In this document: positions 8,114 through 17,358 of the stretch, one piece after another | Numbering within the stretch: the first letter of the stretch is position 1 | Layout: the number at the start of each line of letters is the position of its first letter | Source of the DNA: a virus | Virus record (IMG/VR): IMGVR_UViG_3300006467_000162 | Strand: one strand, 5' to 3' | Length of the DNA: 46,194 nucleotides | Notes under the pieces: model-generated | Told to the model about the DNA's origin: nothing | Database searches by the model: none | Seen by the model: only the letters and a program-made list of their open reading frames with translations | Translations under genes and position numbers: made by a program

Positions 8114-10870
8114 ATGCCCGGAGAAACCATGGCCGATAAGCAGAAAACGGTTGAGATTATCTTCGGTGGTGTCGATAAAACCGGCTCCGCCGTCACCTCC
8201 GTAGGCAGAAACCTCGACAGCCTTACCAATCGGGTAGGGGATCTCACTGGCCCACTGGCGGGCATCACAGATAGCATCGTTAAGCTGGACGCTGCTCTGG
8301 CAGCCGCCGCCATCGGTATCACAGGCTACGCGGTAAAGATCGCTGATGACTTTGATACCGCTTTCGGTGAAATCGCCACCCTAATCGGCCAGCCCGCTGA
8401 CAACCTGCGGGACTTCCAAGCCCAGATTCTTGAGTATTCCGAGCGCTCAACGCAGTCACTTGACCAGATCACCAGCGCAACCTATGGCGCGATCTCTGCC
8501 GGCATTGACTACCAGAACTCGCTTGAACTGATCGCCGCCGCCGAGCAGCTTTCAATTGCCGGCCGCGCTGATCTGGGATCAACGACAACTGCACTGGTCA
8601 GCACACTGAATGCCTTCGGCGCTTCTGCAGATGAGGCCGGGGCGTATGCGGATGACTTCTTCACAGCCGTCCAGCTTGGCCAGACTACGATTCCAGAGCT
8701 TTCCGAAACTATTGGCCGGCTCGCACCGCTGGCAGCCGCGGCCGGACTCTCTTTCGAAGAAATGGCCGCTGCCATTGCGACCATCACGGCTGAAACCGGC
8801 ACCAGCACCCCGGAAGCCATCACTGGAATCCGGGCAGCCATCCAGTCACTGCTGAAACCTTCCAAGGAAGCCAGCGATCTTGCCAAAGAACTCGGCATTG
8901 AGTTCAACGCGGCAGCCCTCGAAAGCAAAGGTTTCTCCGGTGTCCTGACTGACGTTGCGGACGCCACTGGTGGCAATACAGAATTATTGGCGAAACTGTT
9001 TGGCTCCGTCGAAGCATTGGCCCCGGTGCTGGCACTGACCGGCAACGCCTCAGAAGCTTTCGCACAGAACCTGGCAAAGTTCGATGACAATGCCGGCGCT
9101 GCCGAACGCGCCTCCCGCGAACTGACAGAAACGCTTTCCGCACTTGGCCAAACCCTCCAGAACAACCTGAACAGCGCTCTGATCGGACTGGGCTCAAACC
9201 TCACCGACGAAACCCGTTCCATCGTTCAATCAATCACCAGCATCTTCAATTCCCTTGGCTCAGAGATCCGCCTGGAAGATGGCGTTTTTGCGCCAATCCT
9301 GAACGGCCTTGAGGGGCTGGCCCAGAACATCGATCAGAAGCTGCAGGTGATTGCTGAGAACTTCCCGGAAGCGCTCTCCGGTATTGATCTGTCTGAACTG
9401 CTCTCCGCATTCGGTGATCTGGGTGATGAGCTTGGCGACCTGTTCACAGGCCTGTTCGGTGATGTGGATCTTTCCACCGTTGAGGGTTTGCAGGATGTGC
9501 TGCAGCAGGTGGTGGATGCTTTCACTGCGCTGGTCAACGTATCGGCCGGAATCGCTGACGGCCTGGAGCCGCTGTTCATCGCCATTGGCGAGGGTATTGA
9601 ACAGTTCCAATCCCTCGATGAGGAAACGAAAAAGTCTGCCGGGCAGATCCTTGGCTTGGCGAAGTCGATCAATACCGTGCTGCCAGCAGTGGGCGGCTTG
9701 GCTGGCGGGCTTGAGTCCATCGGCGGCGGCCTTACAGCACTGGCCGGAGCTCAAGGCTTCAAGGCTGTGATCGGTAATTTGAACAGCATCAAGAGTATTG
9801 CCACCTCTACGGCAGGGAAGGGCGGGCTTCTGGGCCTTGCCCTGACTGGCGGCTATGCCCTGGGCACGTTCATCAACGATTACATTGAGGAAGAATTCGG
9901 CTCGATCGGCTCGAAACTTTACCAGTATTTCAACGCCGATGAGATCAAGGCCCTGGCTGAAAGCTTCGCCCCGGCCACTGGAGAGATCAAAAAGCTTCAG
10001 GATGAAACCGAAGAACTGAGGCAGATCAGCAAACGCTACGACGAAATGAATAAAACCCTTGGCCAGACCATGGGTTACACCACCGAGATCACCGAAGAAC
10101 AGCGGCAGGAGTTCAACCGTTACGCCCAGCAGCTGGTTGATAACGCCAACAAGACAGAGGACTTCACCGGTTCCCAGCGCGGGATCACGGACGCTGTTGA
10201 GGAATTGAATCGGCAGGTGGCGGATAGTGGCGGCGCTCTGGGCGAAGTCTCCAAAACCACCAAAGAGCTGGCGGACAACAACAAAACCCTGCAGCTTGGA
10301 TATGACGAAACCAGCGGAAAGGTGAACAGCTTTTCCGGGACCATCATCAAGAGCAACAAATCACTGGATGATGCCGCCGAGAAAACAAAGAAGGTCATCA
10401 AGGAAACTGAAGCCTACCAGATCAGGCTGCTCGAGCTGGCCAGTGACGAAAAGATCAGCCGCATCCAGGCAACGGTTGAACTGGACATTGCAGAGGTGGA
10501 AGCAGGTGCGGAAAAGGTCAAGGCCATTTCCAAGTCAATCAGCGACACCTTCGCCGGCACAGGGGATCTGATCAGCTCCCTGTTCGGACAGCTCAATGAA
10601 GGCTCGAAGTTCGACCAAGTTGGCATTGCCGCCCAGATCCGACTGGAAAACGAACGCCGGGATGAGGCCCTGAAGATTCAGAAGCGGCTCTCCGAAGCAG
10701 AGATTGAACAGATCAAGGCCAGAACCCGGGCCATCCAGCGCGGTGACGCTGTGCTGAAAGTGGACGGCGCCGGCCTCCAGCCACACCTCGAAGCTTTCAT
10801 GTTCGAAATTCTCAACGCCATTCAGGTTCGCGTGAACGCGGATGGTGAAGAACTCCTTCTGAGGCTGTAA
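8114..10870 (+). CDS. Tail tape measure protein
   Basis: 918 aa with a TP901-type core (ATLIGQP..TSATYGAISAGI..LVSTLNAFG..TTIPELSETIGRLAPLAAAAGLSFEE). The alternative start ATG 8129 has a better SD (GGAGA). Confidence 0.9.
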   Translation: MPGETMADKQKTVEIIFGGVDKTGSAVTSVGRNLDSLTNRVGDLTGPLAGITDSIVKLDAALAAAAIGITGYAVKIADDFDTAFGEIATLIGQPADNLRDFQAQILEYSERSTQSLDQITSATYGAISAGIDYQNSLELIAAAEQLSIAGRADLGSTTTALVSTLNAFGASADEAGAYADDFFTAVQLGQTTIPELSETIGRLAPLAAAAGLSFEEMAAAIATITAETGTSTPEAITGIRAAIQSLLKPSKEASDLAKELGIEFNAAALESKGFSGVLTDVADATGGNTELLAKLFGSVEALAPVLALTGNASEAFAQNLAKFDDNAGAAERASRELTETLSALGQTLQNNLNSALIGLGSNLTDETRSIVQSITSIFNSLGSEIRLEDGVFAPILNGLEGLAQNIDQKLQVIAENFPEALSGIDLSELLSAFGDLGDELGDLFTGLFGDVDLSTVEGLQDVLQQVVDAFTALVNVSAGIADGLEPLFIAIGEGIEQFQSLDEETKKSAGQILGLAKSINTVLPAVGGLAGGLESIGGGLTALAGAQGFKAVIGNLNSIKSIATSTAGKGGLLGLALTGGYALGTFINDYIEEEFGSIGSKLYQYFNADEIKALAESFAPATGEIKKLQDETEELRQISKRYDEMNKTLGQTMGYTTEITEEQRQEFNRYAQQLVDNANKTEDFTGSQRGITDAVEELNRQVADSGGALGEVSKTTKELADNNKTLQLGYDETSGKVNSFSGTIIKSNKSLDDAAEKTKKVIKETEAYQIRLLELASDEKISRIQATVELDIAEVEAGAEKVKAISKSISDTFAGTGDLISSLFGQLNEGSKFDQVGIAAQIRLENERRDEALKIQKRLSEAEIEQIKARTRAIQRGDAVLKVDGAGLQPHLEAFMFEILNAIQVRVNADGEELLLRL

Positions 10871-10872
10871 CC

Positions 10873-11223
10873 ATGCTGACGATTAACGCCCCGCAATTCG
10901 ATATTGATGGCCACGAAGTCATTCAGCGCTACCGGCGGGAGGGCCTGGGGGATATTGAGCGCCGGCTTTCCCGCACCGCAACTCTGGACGGCGGCGCCGT
11001 GTTCAATGATTTCGGGTTCTCGGATGCCGATCGCACCCTGGAAATCGAGATTGACCGGCCCACCAAGTCCGTGGTGAACAACCTTTCCCGCATGGTGCAG
11101 GCATACGGCCAGCTGATTGTTTCATGCAGTGAGGGCTGCTTCCTCGGATCGCCCGGGCCCTTCACCCCGGGAGAAGAAATCACCCAGCTTACCTTCTATG
11201 TAGAGAGGCGACTTGACCAATGA
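10873..11223 (+). CDS. Distal tail protein (hypothetical)
   Basis: 116 aa directly after the TMP. Stop overlaps the next start (ATGA). Confidence 0.5.
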   Translation: MLTINAPQFDIDGHEVIQRYRREGLGDIERRLSRTATLDGGAVFNDFGFSDADRTLEIEIDRPTKSVVNNLSRMVQAYGQLIVSCSEGCFLGSPGPFTPGEEITQLTFYVERRLDQ

Positions 11224-11627
11224 AACTGACAACTGCGCTACGTTCCACGATTGCCGGTGAAATCATCACAGCCATGGCCACCGGCACCGCCTCAACGCCG
11301 ATGATCGAGATCTATAACGGATCACTCCCCACAAGCATGGGCGGTTCTATCACAGACACCCTGCTGGCGGAGCTGGCAATGACCAACGCCGCCGCCACCC
11401 AATCGAACGGCGTGATCACCCTGGAAACGATCACCAACGACAGTTCAGCGAACGCCACCGGAACCGCGGGCTGGGCGCGAATCATTGACCGTGATGGAGC
11501 CGAGGTTATCTATCTGACAGTCGGCGCCACCGGCTCAGGGGCTGACCTGGAGCTGAACACCACTTCGATCACATCTGGCGGCCCTGTGGCCATTACATCA
11601 GGGACCATTACAGTCGGGGGTGCGTGA
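11220..11627 (+). CDS. Tail-region hypothetical protein
   Basis: 135 aa, Gly/Thr/Ala-rich, coupled to both neighbours. Confidence 0.5.
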   Translation: MKLTTALRSTIAGEIITAMATGTASTPMIEIYNGSLPTSMGGSITDTLLAELAMTNAAATQSNGVITLETITNDSSANATGTAGWARIIDRDGAEVIYLTVGATGSGADLELNTTSITSGGPVAITSGTITVGGA

Positions 11628-11896
11628 TGACAACGCGGAACGTCTCGATGGGGCTGACGCTACCGGCGGGCTGTGATGGCTTCACGGTGTTCGCAGTCAT
11701 TGAGGTAAGCGGGCTGCAAACTGAGATTTCCAAGGTTTACACGGCCAGCTCTGCTGAAACTTCAATCAGTTTCAATTTCGATGATTTCAACGCCTCAGAG
11801 GTTGGCTTTCTTTTCAAGCTAACAGATGGAGGCTTGCCGGTTTTCCAGCCGATCTATCACGGCGATTATGATGTGACCACGTTTGGGGCCGCCTAG
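11624..11896 (+). CDS. Tail-region hypothetical protein
   Basis: 90 aa. Starts at GTG 11624 (GTGA overlap) or ATG 11627. Confidence 0.45.
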   Translation: MMTTRNVSMGLTLPAGCDGFTVFAVIEVSGLQTEISKVYTASSAETSISFNFDDFNASEVGFLFKLTDGGLPVFQPIYHGDYDVTTFGAA

Positions 11897-11898
11897 TT

Positions 11899-12792
11899 AT
11901 GAGCTACACACCGCCAGCAGTCGGAAGCGTTGATCTTAGTGGCGCATCGTCGGGTTACTCCGCCCCGGCTGTTGGCTCCGTCGATCTGTCCGGATCCACA
12001 CCTCCGAGTTCAGACCCTGAAGGGATCATTAACAGCGCCCTGGATTTTGTGGCTGATTTCCAGGGCGGATTTGTAACCGGGCAAATTGATGCGGACCTGG
12101 GCTTCACTGCGCAGTTCACATCGGTTCAGGGGGCTGGCGGTTCGGTGGATACCAGCTTTGATTTCTCCGCTGCCTTCGAGGGTAACACCGCCTCACTGTT
12201 CGGCTCGATCTCGGCTGGCCTTGATTTCTCGGCACAGTTTGCCGGCTTCCAGGACTGGACAGCGACACTGCCGGCCACCCGCCTTCAGGAGTTTTACACG
12301 CTGACCATTACCGGATCCCCGGATATGACGTTCAAGATCTCCAGCTGGCAAGCAACGATGAATCAGGGAGAGCGCCGGAACTACCTGCAAGCGGTTATCC
12401 CGGCTGCCGCCGATATCATCGGGCAGATCTCATCACGCAGCTCTGGCGAGTTGATCATTTCCAAGGGCTACCGCCTGGACGATGGCACCGAGCGGGCCGA
12501 AGAAATTCTCCGATCGAAGTTCGAAACCTTCCGCTATGATCGTGGGCCCCGTAATTTCACCGTTACCGTCTCCGGTTATGCCCCGGCCAGCCCAGCTCAG
12601 AAAGCAACCCGCATCCTGAAGGGTGTCCGCTCCCTGAGTCTGACCGATGGCAAGCTCCGCGCCCGGTGTGATATCGATCTTTTCCTGAAGCCCGGAATGA
12701 CCGTGGAAGCGCTCGGGGAATCGTTCACTGCCAGTTACATCAATTTCTTCGTCAGCAGCGCTGACAAGTTCTGTGAAGTGAGCCAGCGTTAA
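11899..12792 (+). CDS. Tail tip/baseplate-region protein with N-terminal peptide repeats
   Basis: 297 aa. PAVGSVDLSG occurs twice, followed by four spaced (L/F)(D/G)FxAxF motifs. Confidence 0.55.
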   Translation: MSYTPPAVGSVDLSGASSGYSAPAVGSVDLSGSTPPSSDPEGIINSALDFVADFQGGFVTGQIDADLGFTAQFTSVQGAGGSVDTSFDFSAAFEGNTASLFGSISAGLDFSAQFAGFQDWTATLPATRLQEFYTLTITGSPDMTFKISSWQATMNQGERRNYLQAVIPAAADIIGQISSRSSGELIISKGYRLDDGTERAEEILRSKFETFRYDRGPRNFTVTVSGYAPASPAQKATRILKGVRSLSLTDGKLRARCDIDLFLKPGMTVEALGESFTASYINFFVSSADKFCEVSQR

Positions 12793-15374
12793 TGTCAAAA
12801 GGCGAAATCATTTCCAGCGAGGGCGCCGGCCTTTATCGTATCCGCCTGAAGTATGCCGTGGAGAAGGTGCAGGAAGAACTGGACCGGATCAACAAGCGAT
12901 TGGCGGAGCTGGCGGTTCTGGTGCCTCAAAAGAAAACCGAAGTGCTGCAGGCCCAGGCAGTGGCCGATGATATCGCCCGGGATATCGACCTGCTGATTGA
13001 TGATTATCGGGACGATCCGGAAACCTTCGGGCCCCAGATCCGTGATCTCCAGGTGAAGCTCACCAAACAGCGCGGAGAGATTGCCCGCCTGACGTATCAG
13101 CTTGACGTTCTGCAGGCTGAACAGCTCTCCCTTCAGAAGCGCCGGGCCCAGCTCGAGAGCGTCCCGGAATCCAAAACCCTGGACGCCTGGTGCGCAGACT
13201 ACACCGAAGAACTGCAGGGCGAAGTCGGGCTGGCGGATGTAAACGATGAAGGCGGCCGGGGCGTAATTATTCAGCCGGGGTTCAGCGGTGAAGCGCGCTA
13301 CAACAAAAGCCGTGACGGCGGGCTGGTCCCTGATGAAGCTCAATCCGCCGCCCAGATCTTCTTCAACTGCGCGATTCTCCCTGGTGTTCAGAAGTGGCAG
13401 CCGAAGTATCGCGTTGGAACGATCACCGATCTTGCCGGGGATGCCTGCAAGCTGACACTGGATGATGCCTTTTCTTCTGCGCAAGATCTTAATATCAACC
13501 AGCTGGCTTCTTACGAATCAGTCCCAATTCAGTATATGGATTGCAACGGCGCGGCCTTCAACGAAGGCGACCGTGTTCTGGTCAGGTTCACCGATTCCGG
13601 CCCGCTGGTCATTGGCTTTGAGAAAGAGCCCGCGCAGTGCTCGGATATCAGCTTTGTGTTCTGGGTTTCCAGATATCAGGTGGTGATGCCGGACAAGGTT
13701 TCGTTTGCCATTGTCCACGGCCAGCCGTATGAGACAGAGCTGGGCGAGATTAACCCGCCGATTGGCGCTGAAGATGGATACGATGGCGTCTGGCGCCTGA
13801 ACTACAAGGCCGGGGCGTACACCATCAACAAGGGCCTGCCGCGGCGCTACGGATACCGGAACTGGATTGGTGATAAGGGTGTGGTTCTCTCATGGGCTGG
13901 CCCGCCTACCAGGATGTATGACGTTCACGGCGTAGGTGAGCCGGATACCAAGGACTACCCGAACCAGCCCGGGGATTTTGCCCACTGGCGCAAGGATTGG
14001 ATGGCGGGCCCGGAAGTGTTCTTGCGCGGTGAAGTGCTCTGGGTTTTTGATGACAACGTGCACGGTGCAGCAGTCTATATGCAGGGTGAGCAGCGCTATC
14101 TGGTGGCCGTGGTCAACTCTGAGAAATACCTGGCCGAATCTGGCGCTGTTGTCCGTGTACCTCTGGATGAGCAATTGCGCCCGGTGCCGGACGCCGAGGA
14201 AGAAGAACTGTTCACGTTTTACAACTCGACTCAGTTGGCGGCCACAACTGACTGGTATTTCAGCCGGGACGGCAGGGAGGCGGTTTGCACCGCCAGGGAC
14301 CGGGGCGGCCTTCTGCCAGAAAAGATCTACCGGATGCGCCTGAACGTCTCAACCGGCGCCAGCTACCTGAAAATGTGGGATAAGGCCGATATCATCGGCA
14401 CGACAACCCTGGACTACACAAACATCCTTTCCGATGACATTGTGCCGGAGGTTATCGAGCGGCGCGTGATCACCAGCCGAAGCTTCACCGAAAACAAGCG
14501 GCCCATCTACTATGAATACATCGGCAACGAGGTGGTGGAAGTAAGCCAGAAACTACCGGCGTATTCTCTCTACCGTGACAGTCACCTGACTGGCAGGCTG
14601 AACACCAACTTCCCGAGGTTAAGTGAAGGGGTCTCAGCGTTTTCGGAAACCCTGACCAGTGAAGGACCAACGGAAATTGTCACCAGTGAGGGAAAGGTTC
14701 TGGCCACCGCGCCATTCACCTGGAGCGCTAATTCAGAATCAACCACTTCGCTGCAGTTTTCAGATGACGGCCAGGCTACACCGAGCGGCACGCTCTCAGA
14801 ATCAATCAACGAATCGTTTTCCTCCACCGATAACGAACTGAAGATTGTGGCGATCGATGCCCGGTTCAATTTCTGCGCGGTGTGGTGCCACTACTTCACT
14901 GCTGACTACACCACCAGCGCAGATGATCCCTATGACACCAACGATGGATTTAATGAATGGGTGGTCAGTTTCTCCGGATCCAACAGCGATTCGGAAGAAG
15001 TGAATATCTTCATGGACGGTGTGAAGCAGAAGTCACTGCAGATTCAGGGTGATTCGTTCTCAGGGAATAGCACCTACACCCAGACGGCGGCGCTCTCAAT
15101 CCCGCAGGGTTTCGGCGTAGACAGCTTCACGACCACCAGCAGCCTGGGTGATACCGTCAACACGGAGTATGGCGCCCGGGGTTTGCTATGGGGCTCTGGC
15201 GTGAAGGCCAACGGCCAGAAGGCACTTTCCATGGTTTACTATGAGCCGGAGCTGGCCAACGATCGTTCGCCTGTGTGGTATAGCCAGATGGACGGTTACG
15301 ACAACGTGATTGCGGATCTTCTGGAGCAGGATGAAGAAGATGGTTTTGTGCTCGATCGGCTGGCCATCCAGTAA
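12792..15374 (+). CDS. Tail fibre / host-specificity protein (putative)
   Basis: 860 aa, the last and largest tail gene. It has an N-terminal coiled coil (residues about 20-125) and is followed by a hairpin and attP. Confidence 0.6.
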   Translation: MSKGEIISSEGAGLYRIRLKYAVEKVQEELDRINKRLAELAVLVPQKKTEVLQAQAVADDIARDIDLLIDDYRDDPETFGPQIRDLQVKLTKQRGEIARLTYQLDVLQAEQLSLQKRRAQLESVPESKTLDAWCADYTEELQGEVGLADVNDEGGRGVIIQPGFSGEARYNKSRDGGLVPDEAQSAAQIFFNCAILPGVQKWQPKYRVGTITDLAGDACKLTLDDAFSSAQDLNINQLASYESVPIQYMDCNGAAFNEGDRVLVRFTDSGPLVIGFEKEPAQCSDISFVFWVSRYQVVMPDKVSFAIVHGQPYETELGEINPPIGAEDGYDGVWRLNYKAGAYTINKGLPRRYGYRNWIGDKGVVLSWAGPPTRMYDVHGVGEPDTKDYPNQPGDFAHWRKDWMAGPEVFLRGEVLWVFDDNVHGAAVYMQGEQRYLVAVVNSEKYLAESGAVVRVPLDEQLRPVPDAEEEELFTFYNSTQLAATTDWYFSRDGREAVCTARDRGGLLPEKIYRMRLNVSTGASYLKMWDKADIIGTTTLDYTNILSDDIVPEVIERRVITSRSFTENKRPIYYEYIGNEVVEVSQKLPAYSLYRDSHLTGRLNTNFPRLSEGVSAFSETLTSEGPTEIVTSEGKVLATAPFTWSANSESTTSLQFSDDGQATPSGTLSESINESFSSTDNELKIVAIDARFNFCAVWCHYFTADYTTSADDPYDTNDGFNEWVVSFSGSNSDSEEVNIFMDGVKQKSLQIQGDSFSGNSTYTQTAALSIPQGFGVDSFTTTSSLGDTVNTEYGARGLLWGSGVKANGQKALSMVYYEPELANDRSPVWYSQMDGYDNVIADLLEQDEEDGFVLDRLAIQ

Positions 15375-15375
15375 C

Positions 15376-15400
15376 GAAAAAGCCGCCCGGAGGCGGCTGA
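15376..15400 (-). terminator. Hairpin agccgcc-cgga-ggcggct, with the T5 run on the minus strand (bidirectional candidate)
   Basis: 7-bp stem read directly. The minus strand reads gccgcctccgggcggcttttt. The plus-strand tail is only gattct. Confidence 0.5.
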
Positions 15401-15427
15401 TTCTGGATACTGTATAGCCCTTTTATT

Positions 15428-15456
15428 TTGCCAATCTATTGCCAAAATTTTGCCAA
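15428..15456. repeat. Three direct TTGCCAA repeats at 11-bp spacing (candidate integrase arm-type sites)
   Basis: ttgccaa at 15428, 15439 and 15450, each preceded by T-rich sequence and all next to the att core. Confidence 0.5.
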
Positions 15457-15491
15457 GGCTTTTGCAGGTTCAGCGTAAGTGGCTGATTTAT

Positions 15492-15539
15492 TGGTAGGAC
15501 CACCCAGATTCGAACTGGGGACCTCTACCATGTCAAGGT
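15492..15539 (-). other. attP core: 3' ~48 nt of a tRNA-Val(GAC) gene (anticodon loop, variable loop, T-arm, acceptor 3' strand, CCA)
   Basis: The minus strand reads ccTTGACATggtagaggtcCCCAGTTCGAATCTGGGtggtcctaCCA. No D-arm or 5' acceptor strand lies upstream. The site is adjacent to int. Confidence 0.75.
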
Positions 15540-15592
15540 GAAGGTCGAAGGCCCGCAAGTAGTTGAAACAAAACGAAAGCGGGCCTTTTCAG

Positions 15593-15624
15593 TAGCGCAG
15601 ATAACGCACATAGCGCAGATAACG
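15593..15624. repeat. Two direct copies of TAGCGCAGATAACG (18-bp spacing) on the int-proximal arm of attP
   Basis: Exact 14-mers at 15593-15606 and 15611-15624. Confidence 0.5.
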
Positions 15625-15640
15625 AAATCAACAACTTAAA

Positions 15641-15898
15641 CTACTGTATTTTGCCAGCCGCGTGCGGCAGTTTCAGCCTCTGGGTTTTGGACATTTTTAG
15701 AAGCAGCAGCGCCAGATCCGCACCCTCAAGATCTTGTTTCTCGATCGCGTACTGATAGCAGAATAGAACGGAGTGATCTTCCACGTTGCCATCATCAAGA
15801 ACGATGTGGAGAGATCCCCATGCAGGGTTCTTCGCCTGATATTCCCGAAAGCGTTCGATAACTTCAGGGATCGTTATTCTCTCAATCTGCTCATCCAT
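15641..15898 (-). CDS. Hypothetical protein (cargo between int and attP)
   Basis: 85-aa ORF, the last gene of the leftward operon, in locally AT-richer sequence. Confidence 0.5.
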   Translation of the reverse strand: MDEQIERITIPEVIERFREYQAKNPAWGSLHIVLDDGNVEDHSVLFCYQYAIEKQDLEGADLALLLLKMSKTQRLKLPHAAGKIQ

Positions 15899-15909
15899 TT
15901 CCAGCCCCT

Positions 15910-16218
15910 CTAAGCATCGGAAAAGGTTCCTAGTTCCAGTTGAAGCGTATCGCCAGGCCTTAGATCAAGGTGTTCTCCTTTTCCATCAACCAGTTCTATT
16001 GCGACTTCAGCCTTTGATTCGAAAAGCAGTGCATTCTCCCGAACCATTAGAACCCCATGAAGCTTTTGCGGGCCCTGAATAAGCGTGATCGGTAAGTTGC
16101 CAATCAACGTTTTCCCCGCCTCATCAAAGACAAAGAAGCCATCAGATTTCGGTTCCAATGTAACGCTGGTTTTGTGCAAGCCCGCCAAAAGCTCTGCATA
16201 GTTAAATTTTACGCTCAT
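15910..16218 (-). CDS. Hypothetical protein (cargo between int and attP)
   Basis: 102-aa ORF whose ATG overlaps the int stop (ATGA). Confidence 0.55.
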   Translation of the reverse strand: MSVKFNYAELLAGLHKTSVTLEPKSDGFFVFDEAGKTLIGNLPITLIQGPQKLHGVLMVRENALLFESKAEVAIELVDGKGEHLDLRPGDTLQLELGTFSDA

Positions 16219-17357
16219 TTCCCAAAAACCCCGCTCACATCCAACTCCGCTTTAACACGAACCCACTGCTGTTCGTGCCCCTTCTGGTAATGCTCTGTCA
16301 TCTTCTCGTCAGCGTGCGCCATCAGCGGCTGCACATACCCCTCGTTATCAAAGCCCTGTTTCTTGTATAGCCAGGAGCCCAGCGCCCGGACTTCGTGGAA
16401 GGTTGGCCGCTTCTCCCTGGGCACATCGTCAAATAGACCTGTCTCATCCCGCACGCGCCTGAACTCTGAGCTGAAATGGTTCGGGGTAAGCTGTGACCAG
16501 TGCTGGCGGTCTTTGGCCTTGTTGCGCCTCTCTGGATCTCGGTGAACGATAAACGGGCTGGCGATATCGGAGCGCCTGGCCCGGGAAACAATCTTCGCCA
16601 ACCGCGGGCTTTCGATAATCAGGAAAGCGTGCTCATGTTTTTTGACCTTCTCACGAACTACCTGGAGCGTCCCGGCCTTTTCATCGTAATCTGCAAAGCG
16701 CATGTTGATCACTTCCATCCGGCCCTGCAGTGTAACCAGGCCCAGCTCCATGGCAACCTGCAGCCATTCCGGGGCAATCGCATAAATGGCTTTGAACTGT
16801 TCCAGGGTGAGCCGCTGGCGTTGCTTCTCATAGCCTGACTTCGCATAGGTGGCCCCGGCCGGGTTGGGAATGTCGGACGGATACAGCCCTTTCATCTGCG
16901 CAAACGTGAACAGATCGGTGAGGGTGGTCCGGTGCTTGATGTAGCTGTCCCGCTGGAAGTTGTCATCCAGATATTCAGCCACCGCTTTTACATCGAACGA
17001 TTCCACCAGCATCTGGCCCAGATCCTTTTCAAATCGATTCAGCCTGTAGCCAATCAGCTTCACGGTGCTCGGCGCCAGGTTCTGATCCGGAAGATATTCC
17101 TTCCGATACCGGCCAATCAGGTGGGCCATTGTTTGCTCCGCCGTCCCCAGCACCTGGCCAATGCGATCCGGGTCCTTCAGCAGGATGGCGTTCAGCTGGC
17201 GGGCATCAGCGATTGCCGTGCCCTTGACCGTGCCCAGGCTGTGAAACCGGCCATTGTCCGGACGCCTGTACCGATAATAAGTGACCGCCCCGACCTTGTT
17301 GGTGTATAGGTTCGGGGGAAGATCCGCATTCCTTCGAAGCCGTTTCCGTGGTGCCAT
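16215..17357 (-). CDS. int: Tyrosine integrase, lambda Int type with N-terminal arm-binding domain
   Basis: LPPNLYTNKVGAVTYYRYRRP resembles the lambda Int N-domain. C-terminal HEVRALGSWLY...HYQ carries the catalytic-type motifs. ATG 17357 follows AAGGA and the stop of the upstream ORF. Confidence 0.9.
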   Translation of the reverse strand: MAPRKRLRRNADLPPNLYTNKVGAVTYYRYRRPDNGRFHSLGTVKGTAIADARQLNAILLKDPDRIGQVLGTAEQTMAHLIGRYRKEYLPDQNLAPSTVKLIGYRLNRFEKDLGQMLVESFDVKAVAEYLDDNFQRDSYIKHRTTLTDLFTFAQMKGLYPSDIPNPAGATYAKSGYEKQRQRLTLEQFKAIYAIAPEWLQVAMELGLVTLQGRMEVINMRFADYDEKAGTLQVVREKVKKHEHAFLIIESPRLAKIVSRARRSDIASPFIVHRDPERRNKAKDRQHWSQLTPNHFSSEFRRVRDETGLFDDVPREKRPTFHEVRALGSWLYKKQGFDNEGYVQPLMAHADEKMTEHYQKGHEQQWVRVKAELDVSGVFGK

Positions 17358-17358
17358 A

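Noticed and set aside
15405-15420. Additional LexA half-site-like ACTGTAT motifs at 15407 and 15643 near attP.
   Set aside because: Neither has the partner ACAG at N8 spacing. Only 23374-23389 is a complete CTGT-N8-ACAG box.
15492-15575. A complete tRNA-Val gene on the minus strand.
   Set aside because: Only the 3' part folds as tRNA. The sequence 5' of the anticodon stem (cttgcgggccttcgacct) has no D-arm or acceptor 5' strand, so it is an att-core fragment and not a functional tRNA.
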